DNA of 52,833 bases from Planctomycetaceae bacterium UBA969 (GCA_002303765.1 DBCB01000122.1:1-52833), one strand, 5' to 3'; numbered from the stretch's first letter, positions 15,647 to 24,995 are shown. The notes: generated from the sequence alone by a model not told the origin. Program-made: numbers and translations.

Positions 15647-17419
15647 ATGGCCAAAGCTGCTCCAAAAAACCAGGCCACAAGCACCACGCCTCCGGAAGGT
15701 TACACGGTTCTGGCTCGAAGGTATCGCCCGGGCGGGTTTAGCGATCTCATTGGCCAAGAAGCAATTTCTCAAGTTCTTACGAATGCAATCAAGCACAATC
15801 GTGTGGCCCATGCATATTTATTCACGGGTGCTCGTGGTGTGGGAAAAACATCTGCAGCACGAATTCTCGCCAAGGCCCTGAATTGCGAAAAAGGTTCTTC
15901 CGTTACCCCTTGCGGAGTCTGCTCGATATGCACTGCAATCGCAACGGGTGAAGATGTCGATGTGCTAGAAATCGATGGCGCAAGCAATCGAGGCATCGAT
16001 GAAGTGCGTGAGATCCGCAACAATGTTCAATACAGGCCAAGCAGATCGCGCTACAAGATTTACATCATTGACGAAGTGCACATGCTTACAGGGCCAGCTT
16101 TTAACGCCTTGTTAAAAACACTTGAAGAACCACCTTCCCATGTGAAGTTCATCTTCGCAACCACTGAAGTTCAAAAAATTCCGATTACGATTCTCTCACG
16201 CTGTCAACGCTTTGATTTTTCCAGCATCGGCACAAAACAAATTGCAGCGCATCTGCAGGAAATCACAGTCAAAGAAGGACTGGAAGCAGAACCCGAAGCC
16301 ATCGAACTAATCGCACGCAGGGCGGGTGGTTCTATGCGGGATGCCCAATCGCTGTTAGATCAGGCTCTATCCTTCTCCAACGGAAAAATCACCCGGGATG
16401 AAGTACACCGACTCATTGGCGCAGTTGATGAAAACCACATCATGGATCTTGCTGAGGCGATTTTAACAGGTGAATCTTCCAAGGTTCTTGAACTCATGGA
16501 CCAAACCAATTCCAAAGGTTTGCAAATGGGGGAACTGATTGAGCAGATGATTTCCTACTGGCGCGATCTGATGGTTTACGCTTCTTCCAATCAAATTCCG
16601 GTGGATGCAGGCATTGCAACTTCCCAGCATGATCGTTTCAAAAAAATGGCCCAGGGAATTTCTCTTGATACCCTGCTTGCTGGCCTCGATATTTTGTCGC
16701 TCACAAAAATCCGGCTCAAAGCAACCCATCAACCAAGAATCATGGTGGAATTCGGGCTCATCCGTCTTTCCAGGCTGGTAAATTTAATCCCACTGCAACA
16801 AATATTACAACTCCTTCAATCGGGTGGTTTGCCAGCACAAACGCAAACTACTGCAAAGCAAATAACCTCACCCCCCGAGGGCTTAAAAAAAAATTTCCTG
16901 AGTGAAATAGATAGCCTAATTGAGGCCCCAACAACATCCTCTGAAGTACGATTATCTTCCCAAAATATTTCTTCCATTTGGCCACAAGTCATTGATGCAA
17001 TTGGACCTATGCTCGGTAATGAGGTGAAAAAATCAGGCCTTCCAGCAATTTCCGGGCCAAACGCTCTGGTTATTGAATTCCCTAGGCAGTACAATCAAGC
17101 TTTAGAGTACTGCTCTGATCCTGCCAGAATCATGAGAATTCAAACTGCCCTGAATAAAATTACGGGGCAAAGTTGGCAGGTAAGGGTTACTAGCAAGGTC
17201 ATAACAGACCCTAATGAAATCGTAGAACCGGCTCCCATCGAGATTGAACCCGTGGCTTCAAAGCCTAAAGTTAATCCCAAGGATGCTGCAGAAAAAGAAC
17301 CGATTGTTCAAAGAGTTTTAGAAATTTTTAACGCTCAGATTGTACGGGTCGATGCAGGGTTCGGAGTTCTCCCTCCTGAATCCAAACCTAGTGCGGATGA
17401 TGATAACGACGAGGCTTAA
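15647..17419 (+). CDS. dnaX: DNA polymerase III subunits gamma and tau
   Basis: Walker A GARGVGKTS, Zn module CEKGSSVTPCGVCSIC, Walker B IIDEVHML, sensor ILSRCQRF. Start moved to the ATG at 15647 (MAKAAPKNQ) because 15527-15646 overlaps the SRP RNA. Confidence 0.9.
   Translation: MAKAAPKNQATSTTPPEGYTVLARRYRPGGFSDLIGQEAISQVLTNAIKHNRVAHAYLFTGARGVGKTSAARILAKALNCEKGSSVTPCGVCSICTAIATGEDVDVLEIDGASNRGIDEVREIRNNVQYRPSRSRYKIYIIDEVHMLTGPAFNALLKTLEEPPSHVKFIFATTEVQKIPITILSRCQRFDFSSIGTKQIAAHLQEITVKEGLEAEPEAIELIARRAGGSMRDAQSLLDQALSFSNGKITRDEVHRLIGAVDENHIMDLAEAILTGESSKVLELMDQTNSKGLQMGELIEQMISYWRDLMVYASSNQIPVDAGIATSQHDRFKKMAQGISLDTLLAGLDILSLTKIRLKATHQPRIMVEFGLIRLSRLVNLIPLQQILQLLQSGGLPAQTQTTAKQITSPPEGLKKNFLSEIDSLIEAPTTSSEVRLSSQNISSIWPQVIDAIGPMLGNEVKKSGLPAISGPNALVIEFPRQYNQALEYCSDPARIMRIQTALNKITGQSWQVRVTSKVITDPNEIVEPAPIEIEPVASKPKVNPKDAAEKEPIVQRVLEIFNAQIVRVDAGFGVLPPESKPSADDDNDEA
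16885..16893 (+). other. A9 slippery tract in dnaX (candidate transcriptional slippage or ribosomal frameshift site producing the gamma subunit)
   Basis: GGC TTA AAA AAA AAT TTC. The -1 frame reads AAA TTT CCT GAG TGA (stop at 16903-16905). The +1 frame reads ATT TCC TGA (stop at 16899-16901). Located at codons 413-416 of 590. Confidence 0.5.
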
Positions 17420-17424
17420 CACCA

Positions 17425-17766
17425 ATGTTTAAAGAAATGGGCCAGATTGCTAACCTGATGCGTAACCTTCCTAAAATGAAGGAGCAGATGGAAGAAATGC
17501 AATCGAAGCTCGATAAAATCCACGCCGATGGCGAATCGGGCGCTGGCATGGTTCGGGTTCGAGCCAATGGGAAAATGGAAATTACTTCCATCGTTATTTC
17601 GAATGAAGCTTTCAAAATGCAAGACAAGCCTTACCTCGAAGAACTTATTCGCTCTGCTTCGAATCAAGCACTTGCAAAAGCTAAGCTTGCGATTGCTGAA
17701 GAAACTGCAAAAATGACACAGTCACTTGGTTTACCCGGGGGCTTTCAACTTCCAGGATTTAGCTAA
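17425..17766 (+). CDS. ybaB: Nucleoid-associated protein YbaB/EbfC
   Basis: 113 aa. MFKEMGQIANLMRNLPKMKEQMEEMQSKL...GAGMVRVRANGKMEI is typical of the YbaB family. Conserved dnaX-ybaB-recR context. Confidence 0.9.
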   Translation: MFKEMGQIANLMRNLPKMKEQMEEMQSKLDKIHADGESGAGMVRVRANGKMEITSIVISNEAFKMQDKPYLEELIRSASNQALAKAKLAIAEETAKMTQSLGLPGGFQLPGFS

Positions 17767-17778
17767 ACCGATTTTCTT

Positions 17779-18408
17779 TTGGAGCCTAGGAATTTGACAC
17801 TGTCTGATTCAAATCAACAACTGGGCATTATAGCTCGATTGATCGAAGAACTCGGAAAACTTCCAGGCATTGGCCCGAAGTCTGCCGAACGTTTGGCTCA
17901 TTACATTTTGACCGCCGATAAAAAACAGGTGCTATCTCTTGCAGAATGCCTTCGCTCGGTCAAAGAATCCATTAAACAATGTAAAATCTGCTGCAATCCC
18001 ACAGAAAATGAACTCTGCTTAATTTGCTCCGATCCTAGAAGAGATTCTTCCGTAGTTTGCATTGTCGAACAACCGAGGGATCTTTCTTCCATCGAACGTT
18101 CTGGGATGTTCCGTGGCCTCTACCATGTATTACATGGGAAACTTGCGCCCTTAGATAACATGGGCCCCGATAACCTAACCATCGACCAACTTATGCTCAG
18201 GGTTGAAAAAGGGGATATTCAAGAAATAATCATGGCAACTAATCCAACCATGGAAGGGGATGGAACTTCTCTTTACCTTTCCAGCTTATTGGGCCCTTCA
18301 GGAATCAAAGTAACGCGACTTGCACGCGGCATTCCTTCGGGCTCGGGTTTGGAATTTGCAAACTCTCAAATTCTGGCGGATGCACTTGAAGGACGTAGAG
18401 AACTTTGA
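17779..18408 (+). CDS. recR: Recombination protein RecR
   Basis: HhH LPGIGPKSAERLAHYIL, Cys4 zinc finger CKICCNPTENELCLICSD, Toprim region. The start codon is non-ATG (TTG at 17779) and uncertain by a few codons. Confidence 0.9.
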   Translation: MEPRNLTLSDSNQQLGIIARLIEELGKLPGIGPKSAERLAHYILTADKKQVLSLAECLRSVKESIKQCKICCNPTENELCLICSDPRRDSSVVCIVEQPRDLSSIERSGMFRGLYHVLHGKLAPLDNMGPDNLTIDQLMLRVEKGDIQEIIMATNPTMEGDGTSLYLSSLLGPSGIKVTRLARGIPSGSGLEFANSQILADALEGRREL

Positions 18409-18454
18409 TTGCTCGACTTTCGATTGTGATGCTATTTGGTCTTAAGGAAAACGA

Positions 18455-19957
18455 ATGCGGCTAGAACATTCCATGGGCTTGAGGATGGGGCACGAACTGC
18501 ATCTTGCACCTCGCATGATTCAGTCGATGGAGATACTCCAGCTACCGATCATGGCTTTGGAAGAAAAAATCCAACAAGAGCTTCAGGAAAATCCAGTTCT
18601 TGAACTCACTCAAGATGCCGAAAATGCGAATCCCAACGATGATTGGAATGACGGCCAAAACGAACATGAATTTGAACCAAATAATTCCAAAGACACCACT
18701 GACAAAACTTTGGTGATCGATACCAAAGGCCAGGCAGAAGCCGATTTCGAGCGCCTTGATGGCATGCCCGAAGAATGGAAAGAATCTCTTTACGATGATC
18801 ACAGGCCATCGCGTAACGCCATCGAAGAATTTTCCGAACGCAAGCACAATGCCATGCAAAACATGGTTTCCAGACCACAATCTCTCGAAGATTATCTCAT
18901 CGATCAGCTTTCATTCTTTGATATTTCAAAAGAAGAAAGGCGACTTGTAAATCTGGTTATCGCCAACCTTGATGATGGTGGGTATCTTAAATCGAGTGCA
19001 GAAGAAATTGCCAATTCGATTGATCCGCCTTGCACCCCTGATCAAATCAGACAAGCGATTTCCATCGTTCAAAGGTTAGATCCGCCTGGCATATGCGCAA
19101 GAGATTTAGCTGAATGCCTTTTACTGCAACTCACCTCGGAAACCCCAAACCCCGATGCAGTCAAAAGCCTGATCACCAACCATTTGGAAAACATCAGGCA
19201 CAACCGTATACCCGCAATTCAAAAAACCACAGGCCTTGATATGACACAGATCAAGGAAGCTATCGAGGTTATTCGAAAACTAAATCCAAAACCCGCAGCC
19301 ATCTTTAATTCGGAAAGTATTCCCTATGTGGTGCCGGATATTGAAATATTCAAGTCGGAAGAGGGCGATTACCTCGTTCGCCTGGCTGACGAACTTTTAC
19401 CCAATGTGCAAATCAATCAGACTTATGTTGCGGAGTGTAAAAACCGAGCTACCGATAAAAAAGTGAAAGAGTTTCTCAGACCAAAAATCCAATCCGCACA
19501 ATGGTTGCTCGAAGCAATCGAACAACGCAGGTCTACTTTAAAAAAAGTTACACAAGCAATCATCCAAAGGCAGTTGAGCTTTTTAGAACTCGGCCCTGAA
19601 CATATTGAACCGCTGAAAATGCTGCAAATTGCAGAAGTGGTTGGCGTGGATGTTTCAACCATCAGCAGGGCGGTCGATGATAAATGGGTTCAAACCCCGC
19701 GGGGAGTTTTCCCCCTGAAACGATTCTTTGGCGGAGGCACTCAGAGCGCAACTGGTGAAGATATCGCTTGGGAAAAAATCCGCAGAAAACTTCTTGAAGT
19801 GGTTGGCGCAGAAGATAAATCTAATCCGCTTTCCGATGAAGATCTCGTAAACAAACTTCAGGAAGAAGGATACCCTGTGGCTCGTAGAACCATCACCAAG
19901 TATCGAAAAATCCTCAACATCCCATCATCAAGGGAACGAAAAGATTGGACACCTTGA
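18455..19957 (+). CDS. rpoN: RNA polymerase sigma-54 factor
   Basis: Region I LAPRMIQSMEILQLPIMALEEKIQQELQENPVLE, acidic region II, C-terminal HTH and RpoN box ARRTITKYR. Confidence 0.9.
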   Translation: MRLEHSMGLRMGHELHLAPRMIQSMEILQLPIMALEEKIQQELQENPVLELTQDAENANPNDDWNDGQNEHEFEPNNSKDTTDKTLVIDTKGQAEADFERLDGMPEEWKESLYDDHRPSRNAIEEFSERKHNAMQNMVSRPQSLEDYLIDQLSFFDISKEERRLVNLVIANLDDGGYLKSSAEEIANSIDPPCTPDQIRQAISIVQRLDPPGICARDLAECLLLQLTSETPNPDAVKSLITNHLENIRHNRIPAIQKTTGLDMTQIKEAIEVIRKLNPKPAAIFNSESIPYVVPDIEIFKSEEGDYLVRLADELLPNVQINQTYVAECKNRATDKKVKEFLRPKIQSAQWLLEAIEQRRSTLKKVTQAIIQRQLSFLELGPEHIEPLKMLQIAEVVGVDVSTISRAVDDKWVQTPRGVFPLKRFFGGGTQSATGEDIAWEKIRRKLLEVVGAEDKSNPLSDEDLVNKLQEEGYPVARRTITKYRKILNIPSSRERKDWTP

Positions 19958-20377
19958 TTATTCTGCAGCAGATTTAAACCCCGCAGGCACTTCTCCACCC
20001 GCAAAATAAACATCTCTATCCGGCCTGCACCCAGGGGCATGAATATCCAGCATCTCTAAACCGTTAGGTCCAGCCCTGAACGCATGCTTTGTACCAGGAG
20101 GCAATCGCAAAAATACCCCCGCCTTCAACTCATGTTCCACCCCATCCAAAATTGCAACCCCCTCACCCGCAAGCACATAATAAAGTTCTTCAGCAATTTG
20201 ATGATAACTGGTGCTAGTGCTTGATTCTGCTTGAACTTTAACCCTATAAGCCGTGGTTCGAATTTCCTCGTCCACCATGATCAGAGTTTCAATTCCGTAA
20301 GGGCCGAGCTGCTTTAATGCATCTTTATTTCCAGCAGTTCTAACGATAATTTCTGGACTACCCATTAAAGCCTTCAC
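19958..20377 (-). CDS. Cupin-domain protein
   Basis: 139 aa. Small beta-barrel pattern with EELYYVLAGEG...LPPGTKHAF. Its stop codon directly abuts the rpoN stop (19957/19958). Confidence 0.6.
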   Translation of the reverse strand: MKALMGSPEIIVRTAGNKDALKQLGPYGIETLIMVDEEIRTTAYRVKVQAESSTSTSYHQIAEELYYVLAGEGVAILDGVEHELKAGVFLRLPPGTKHAFRAGPNGLEMLDIHAPGCRPDRDVYFAGGEVPAGFKSAAE

Positions 20378-20409
20378 CTTCCCTTTTGCAGCTTGATTGA
20401 TCCCAACGG

Positions 20410-21270
20410 CTAGCTGTTGAATATATCTTCAAGCGCCTTGCGCATCACCTTGGGATCGGGATCGATACCCGCCCAATGCTTTATACCAATAACCCCTTGG
20501 TTGACGAGCATCCCAAGTCCATCAATCACTTTGCAACCTTTACCACGGGCATCCTTTACCAATCTGGTTTCAGGAGGATTAGGGATAACATCTGCAACCA
20601 CCATCGAGGGTTTTAAAGTAGAAACATCAAGCTCAAGCCTGGCTTCTCGGTCAGGATAAAGGCCGATGGAAGTGGCATTGATCACTACATCGGTGCCCTC
20701 GGGGATTTTGAAATCACCCTTCCATTGAACAAATTCAACCTTTACATTTACTTTTTCCCGAAGCAATTTAGCCAACTCTTCACCCCGGGTGACGCTGCGA
20801 TTTACCAGGGTGAAATGGCTGGCACCCGCAAGCGCAAGCTCTACGGTGATGGCCCGTGCGGCACCACCTGCACCAAAAATCACAATGCGCTTCCCCTTGG
20901 GATCGGTCAACTCTTTTAACGATTCAAGGAAACCCTTGCCATCGGTGTTTTCACCAATCAGCTTTTCACCCCTGCGCACAACACAGTTAACCGCACCCAT
21001 GACTGATGCTGATTCACCCAACCCGTCCAAGTGAGCGATGACTGCAACCTTGTGCGGAATAGTGCAATTAAACCCTACAAAACCCATTGCGCGAGCGCCT
21101 TTTACCGCTTCACTCAAATGGCTCGGCGCAACCTCAATCGTCAGATAGCGCCAATCCAATCCATGATGCTTATAAGCTGCTTCGATCATCGCCTGGGTCG
21201 GATTTTCACTAACAGGTTGACCAAAACATGCGGTAAGTTCTTGCTTGAAATTCAAAGCCTTAGTCATCAT
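20410..21270 (-). CDS. aroE: Shikimate dehydrogenase family protein (AroE-like)
   Basis: GFNCTIPHK, GAVNCV, ENTDGKGF, Rossmann GAGGAARA. The N-terminal substrate motif is non-canonical (QPVSENPTQAMIEA instead of the N-P-I-x-H-S-x-S-P type). Confidence 0.75.
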   Translation of the reverse strand: MMTKALNFKQELTACFGQPVSENPTQAMIEAAYKHHGLDWRYLTIEVAPSHLSEAVKGARAMGFVGFNCTIPHKVAVIAHLDGLGESASVMGAVNCVVRRGEKLIGENTDGKGFLESLKELTDPKGKRIVIFGAGGAARAITVELALAGASHFTLVNRSVTRGEELAKLLREKVNVKVEFVQWKGDFKIPEGTDVVINATSIGLYPDREARLELDVSTLKPSMVVADVIPNPPETRLVKDARGKGCKVIDGLGMLVNQGVIGIKHWAGIDPDPKVMRKALEDIFNS

Positions 21271-21277
21271 TTCATCC

Positions 21278-22267
21278 TTATTTAAGTTCAGGGTCTTTCA
21301 TTGCATCAGCTTTTTTATACAAGCCCGTAGGAATCAAAACTTCTTTAGGTGGCGTCTTGCCATCGAAATAATCCAGGATTGCAGCAACAGTTTGCTGACC
21401 AATTTTATCGGGGAATTGCACCGGGTCTGCAAATATCTTCCCTTCCTTGATCGCTTGCTTACCATCAGGCTGACCATCAAACCCTATGATTTTTACTGCA
21501 TCAGCCTTGTTAGCTCGTTCGAGTGCAGCCCGGGCCCCCAATGCTGAAGGATCATTGATTGCGAAAATTGCTGCTAGATCTGGATGGGTTTGCAATACAT
21601 CTTCAGTGGCACTTTGGCTTTTATCTTTCTTCCCATCGCCTGGAAGCTCTGCAACGATCGTTATCTGTGCCTTTGGGTTTTTCTTGTTGTGCGCATCGAT
21701 AACTTCTTTAAAACCTTTGACCCGCAAGATGCATGATTCAGCCTGTCTAAAATCGAGCACCGCAACTTTGCCCCCTGCTTCACCCATCGCTTCAATCGTG
21801 GCAATTCCAGCTTGCTTGCCCCCTTCGTAATTATCGGTTGCGATATGAGTCACTACTTTGGCATCGGGAGCCAGGCATGCGATATCTGCGGTAAATACAG
21901 GCACTCCCGCTTTATTCGCTTCTTGGATAACTGCACCAATCGAGCGCGAGTCACAAGGGCATAACACAATCGCAACTACTTTTTTCACTAAGAAATCTTT
22001 GACCTGACTTTGCTGCTTTGCAACATCAAATTCCCCGCTCACCACCTCAACAGAATATCCTGCTTTTTCTGCCTGCTCTTTTATCGTGTCGCCTATAACC
22101 TTAAAAAATGGATTCGTAAGAGTAAGTACAGAAACACCTATAATACCCTTCACTTTGACAGATGCTTTTTCTTTGGCCTTTTCGTTTTTATCCGGAGTAT
22201 TATTTCCACCACAGCCCACTGCTGCAAAAACTGCAAACAACAAAACCGTCTTTATTAAAGCATTCAT
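21278..22267 (-). CDS. Periplasmic sugar-binding lipoprotein (RbsB/LacI-type ABC substrate-binding fold), with no transporter genes adjacent
   Basis: Lipoprotein signal MNALIKTVLLFAVFAAVGC. Type I periplasmic-binding-protein pattern (IGVSVLTLTNPFF, VVAIVLCP, VPVFTADI, AIFAINDPSALGA). 7-nt gap to aroE. Confidence 0.75.
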   Translation of the reverse strand: MNALIKTVLLFAVFAAVGCGGNNTPDKNEKAKEKASVKVKGIIGVSVLTLTNPFFKVIGDTIKEQAEKAGYSVEVVSGEFDVAKQQSQVKDFLVKKVVAIVLCPCDSRSIGAVIQEANKAGVPVFTADIACLAPDAKVVTHIATDNYEGGKQAGIATIEAMGEAGGKVAVLDFRQAESCILRVKGFKEVIDAHNKKNPKAQITIVAELPGDGKKDKSQSATEDVLQTHPDLAAIFAINDPSALGARAALERANKADAVKIIGFDGQPDGKQAIKEGKIFADPVQFPDKIGQQTVAAILDYFDGKTPPKEVLIPTGLYKKADAMKDPELK

Positions 22268-22341
22268 ACTTATATCCCATCCATTTTACTTGGTAATAGC
22301 TTTTGGTATTGTTGCTTAGAAATAGCAGCAAAGAAATAGAA

Positions 22342-23535
22342 TTATGGCTTCAATGATTGAAGAGGCATCAGGGTGATATCAAACCCCATTTCAACTTCTT
22401 CGCGAAGGATCATAACTTTTACAACATCACCCACTTTTTTGGCATCCAATACGGAATACAGATCTTTCAGTACCTTGATTTGCTTGTCATCGACTGATTT
22501 GATGATATCACCAAGCACGATGTTTCCTGTTTTCTTTCTGGAAGATCCGCGAATCCCCACCTTTGCTGCAGCACCTTCCGGAAGAACATCTAAAACCACA
22601 ACACCTTCAGGCACCCATTGCCTCGACATATTATCAGGCGCAAGTGTAACCCCCAGACCTGGCTTGGTAACTTTTCCATTCTTGATAAGCTCTGGCACAA
22701 CCCGGTTCACCTCATCCACAGGAATTGCAAAACCAATCCCTGCGGAAACACCGGAAGTACTATAAATTGCAGTGTTCACGCCAATAAGCAAACCCGCACT
22801 GTCAAGAAGTGGACCACCCGAATTACCTGGATTGATCGCAGCATCAGACTGAATCACATTCTTGATCGGCCTTTTATTTACTGAATCTATCTCCCGGCCC
22901 AACGCACTTATAATCCCTGTGGTCAAGGTCTGATCAAGGCCAAAGGGATTTCCAATCGCATACACTTTCTGCCCAACTTGGAGATCATCGGAACGGCCCA
23001 ATGGCAATGGTTTTAGCTTCCCCTTTGGGGCATCGACTTTTAAAACTGCAAGATCTTTATCTGCAAAATACCCTACGAGCCTGGCTTGAAATACGGATTG
23101 ATCTGCAAAGGTAATCTGCGCTGCATCTGCGTTTTGAATTACATGAAAATTAGTTACAATGTGCCCTGCATCATCCCACACAAACCCCGACCCTGTACCC
23201 TCGGGCATCTGCTGAATGTTCAAATTGATGCCAGTCTTGCGATTAGCTAGGGTGGTGATATTAACAACTCCCTGCCTTGATTGATTATAAAGCTCGATAG
23301 TGGATTTTTCATCCTCTGCGAGATTTCCCCGCGCAACAATCGGTCTAGCAGAACCATACTTAATATTATCGGAGTCTCCATTATCTTTAAATAGGATATC
23401 CTTGCCAAAGATAAACGCAAGGACAATGACAAAAGGCAACGAAAGGGCAAAGATGGAAATGATTACGACAAAAAGCCAGAGCATAACTGATCTGGATCTT
23501 GGTGGGTCATTATTTAAAATCTCATCATTGCTCAT
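22342..23535 (-). CDS. HtrA/DegP-family serine protease with PDZ domain, membrane anchored
   Basis: TM VMLWLFVVIISIFALSLPFVIVLAFIF. Trypsin-fold motifs HIVTNFHV, DLAVLKV, GNSGGPL. C-terminal PDZ. Start moved to the ATG at 23535 (MSNDEIL) to remove the overlap with the upstream gene. Confidence 0.85.
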   Translation of the reverse strand: MSNDEILNNDPPRSRSVMLWLFVVIISIFALSLPFVIVLAFIFGKDILFKDNGDSDNIKYGSARPIVARGNLAEDEKSTIELYNQSRQGVVNITTLANRKTGINLNIQQMPEGTGSGFVWDDAGHIVTNFHVIQNADAAQITFADQSVFQARLVGYFADKDLAVLKVDAPKGKLKPLPLGRSDDLQVGQKVYAIGNPFGLDQTLTTGIISALGREIDSVNKRPIKNVIQSDAAINPGNSGGPLLDSAGLLIGVNTAIYSTSGVSAGIGFAIPVDEVNRVVPELIKNGKVTKPGLGVTLAPDNMSRQWVPEGVVVLDVLPEGAAAKVGIRGSSRKKTGNIVLGDIIKSVDDKQIKVLKDLYSVLDAKKVGDVVKVMILREEVEMGFDITLMPLQSLKP

Positions 23536-23554
23536 GTGTTTTTTAATCCGTTGG

Positions 23555-24940
23555 TCAGATAAACAGCTTTTTAATCGGCTTCCCGGTAGAAACAGCAACC
23601 GGGCGGTTCAATAGATCATGATAATGTTCGGTGGGTGGAACGCCAAGCGCATCAAACAGCGTGGTGATAATATCTTGTGGGGTAACCCGATCCTGTATGG
23701 GATAAGCGGCTGCGCGATCAGTGGCACCAACTATGCCCCCTTGGGTAACCCCTGCACCTGCAAAAACAACAGAGTAAGTTGCAGCCCAGTGTTTTCTACC
23801 AGGCGTTGCCCCCGCAAATCTAGGCTCTAATGCAACCAAAGGCGCCCTGCCAAACTCTCCCATGCAAACCACCAATGTTGAATCCAACAACCCTCGTGAA
23901 TCCATGTCTTCTAAAAGGGCGGAAAAACTTTGGTCAAAACGAGGCAGCAAATGATCCTTCATTGATTCAAAAATATCGTTGTGGGTATCCCAGCCATATT
24001 GATCAGTTTCGTTGGGTGCAGAATCTTGCCCTCGGATATTCGGATTCCAAAATACTGTTACCCAAGGCATTTCTCTTTCAATCAATCTGCGGGCAAGCAA
24101 ACAAGCTTGGCCAGAACGATTTCGACCATAGCGATCGCGAACAGAATCCTTCTCTTGGGAAAGATCAAACGCACTTCGAGCCTTGGGATCACTTAAAATT
24201 TGATACGCCTGCTTGTAACGCAAATCGTGATCAAGCAAACCAGGCACTGACTCCCACTTGCGCTGTTCTTTTTCCAACGCATTCTTCAAGGATTGCCTTT
24301 GCTGAATTCGCACCGTGGGTAGTTCTTCGCGCGGATTGAGCGAAGGAAGCGATTTCTCGGGGTTGCTGCCATCTACCGCAAGGGGATCATAAGCCCGACC
24401 CAAATAGCCACTATTTTGCCCAGGCGAATTTAACTCGGGCACCAACAATGGCCCATTAACATGAGAACTAGAAAAACCAAAAGGCCCAATGGGCCGGATT
24501 CTTCGAAAGATTGATCCAACAGTAGGTAGATCATCAGGCTTAGGCGGCGGATTCGCTGATTTCTGCGGATGAAAATGCCCGGTTAAACTCAGATAACAAG
24601 CAGAACCATGATCCAAATCATCATGACTAACACTTTTAAGAACCGTGAATTTATTAGCTACATTTGCAACTTTGGGAAGATGTTCAACAAAGCGCAAACC
24701 GGGAACTTTCGTGGCAATCGAACCAAAGGCGCCTCGGATTTCTACCGGAGCGTTGGGTTTGGGATCCCACATTTCCAACTGACTTTGGCCGCCACCACAA
24801 AACACTACAAGCACCGACTTTGCCTTGCGAGTTTTCGCACTATCCCCAGTGCTGCCATTGGCAATACCAGAAAGCAAAGGCATTCCCAAAGCAAGGAACA
24901 TCCTTCGATCAAACATAGTGTCAGTACGAAACGCCAGCAT
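23555..24940 (-). CDS. DUF1501 domain protein (sulfatase-like fold), Tat signal
   Basis: Twin-arginine leader MFDRRMFLALG. Motifs EMWDPKP, GWDTHND, GEFGRAP are typical of DUF1501. Confidence 0.85.
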   Translation of the reverse strand: MLAFRTDTMFDRRMFLALGMPLLSGIANGSTGDSAKTRKAKSVLVVFCGGGQSQLEMWDPKPNAPVEIRGAFGSIATKVPGLRFVEHLPKVANVANKFTVLKSVSHDDLDHGSACYLSLTGHFHPQKSANPPPKPDDLPTVGSIFRRIRPIGPFGFSSSHVNGPLLVPELNSPGQNSGYLGRAYDPLAVDGSNPEKSLPSLNPREELPTVRIQQRQSLKNALEKEQRKWESVPGLLDHDLRYKQAYQILSDPKARSAFDLSQEKDSVRDRYGRNRSGQACLLARRLIEREMPWVTVFWNPNIRGQDSAPNETDQYGWDTHNDIFESMKDHLLPRFDQSFSALLEDMDSRGLLDSTLVVCMGEFGRAPLVALEPRFAGATPGRKHWAATYSVVFAGAGVTQGGIVGATDRAAAYPIQDRVTPQDIITTLFDALGVPPTEHYHDLLNRPVAVSTGKPIKKLFI

Positions 24941-24995
24941 GTATCCTCCGAATTAATTCTACCATAATAGATAAAATCAGGGAGGAATATTCTGA

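Noticed and set aside
23830-24339. 169-aa plus-strand ORF, plus other 60-130-aa ORFs antisense to htrA, the dehydrogenase gene, clpB and the pfa genes
   Set aside because: All are nested antisense inside well-supported genes and have no recognisable domains or plausible start context.
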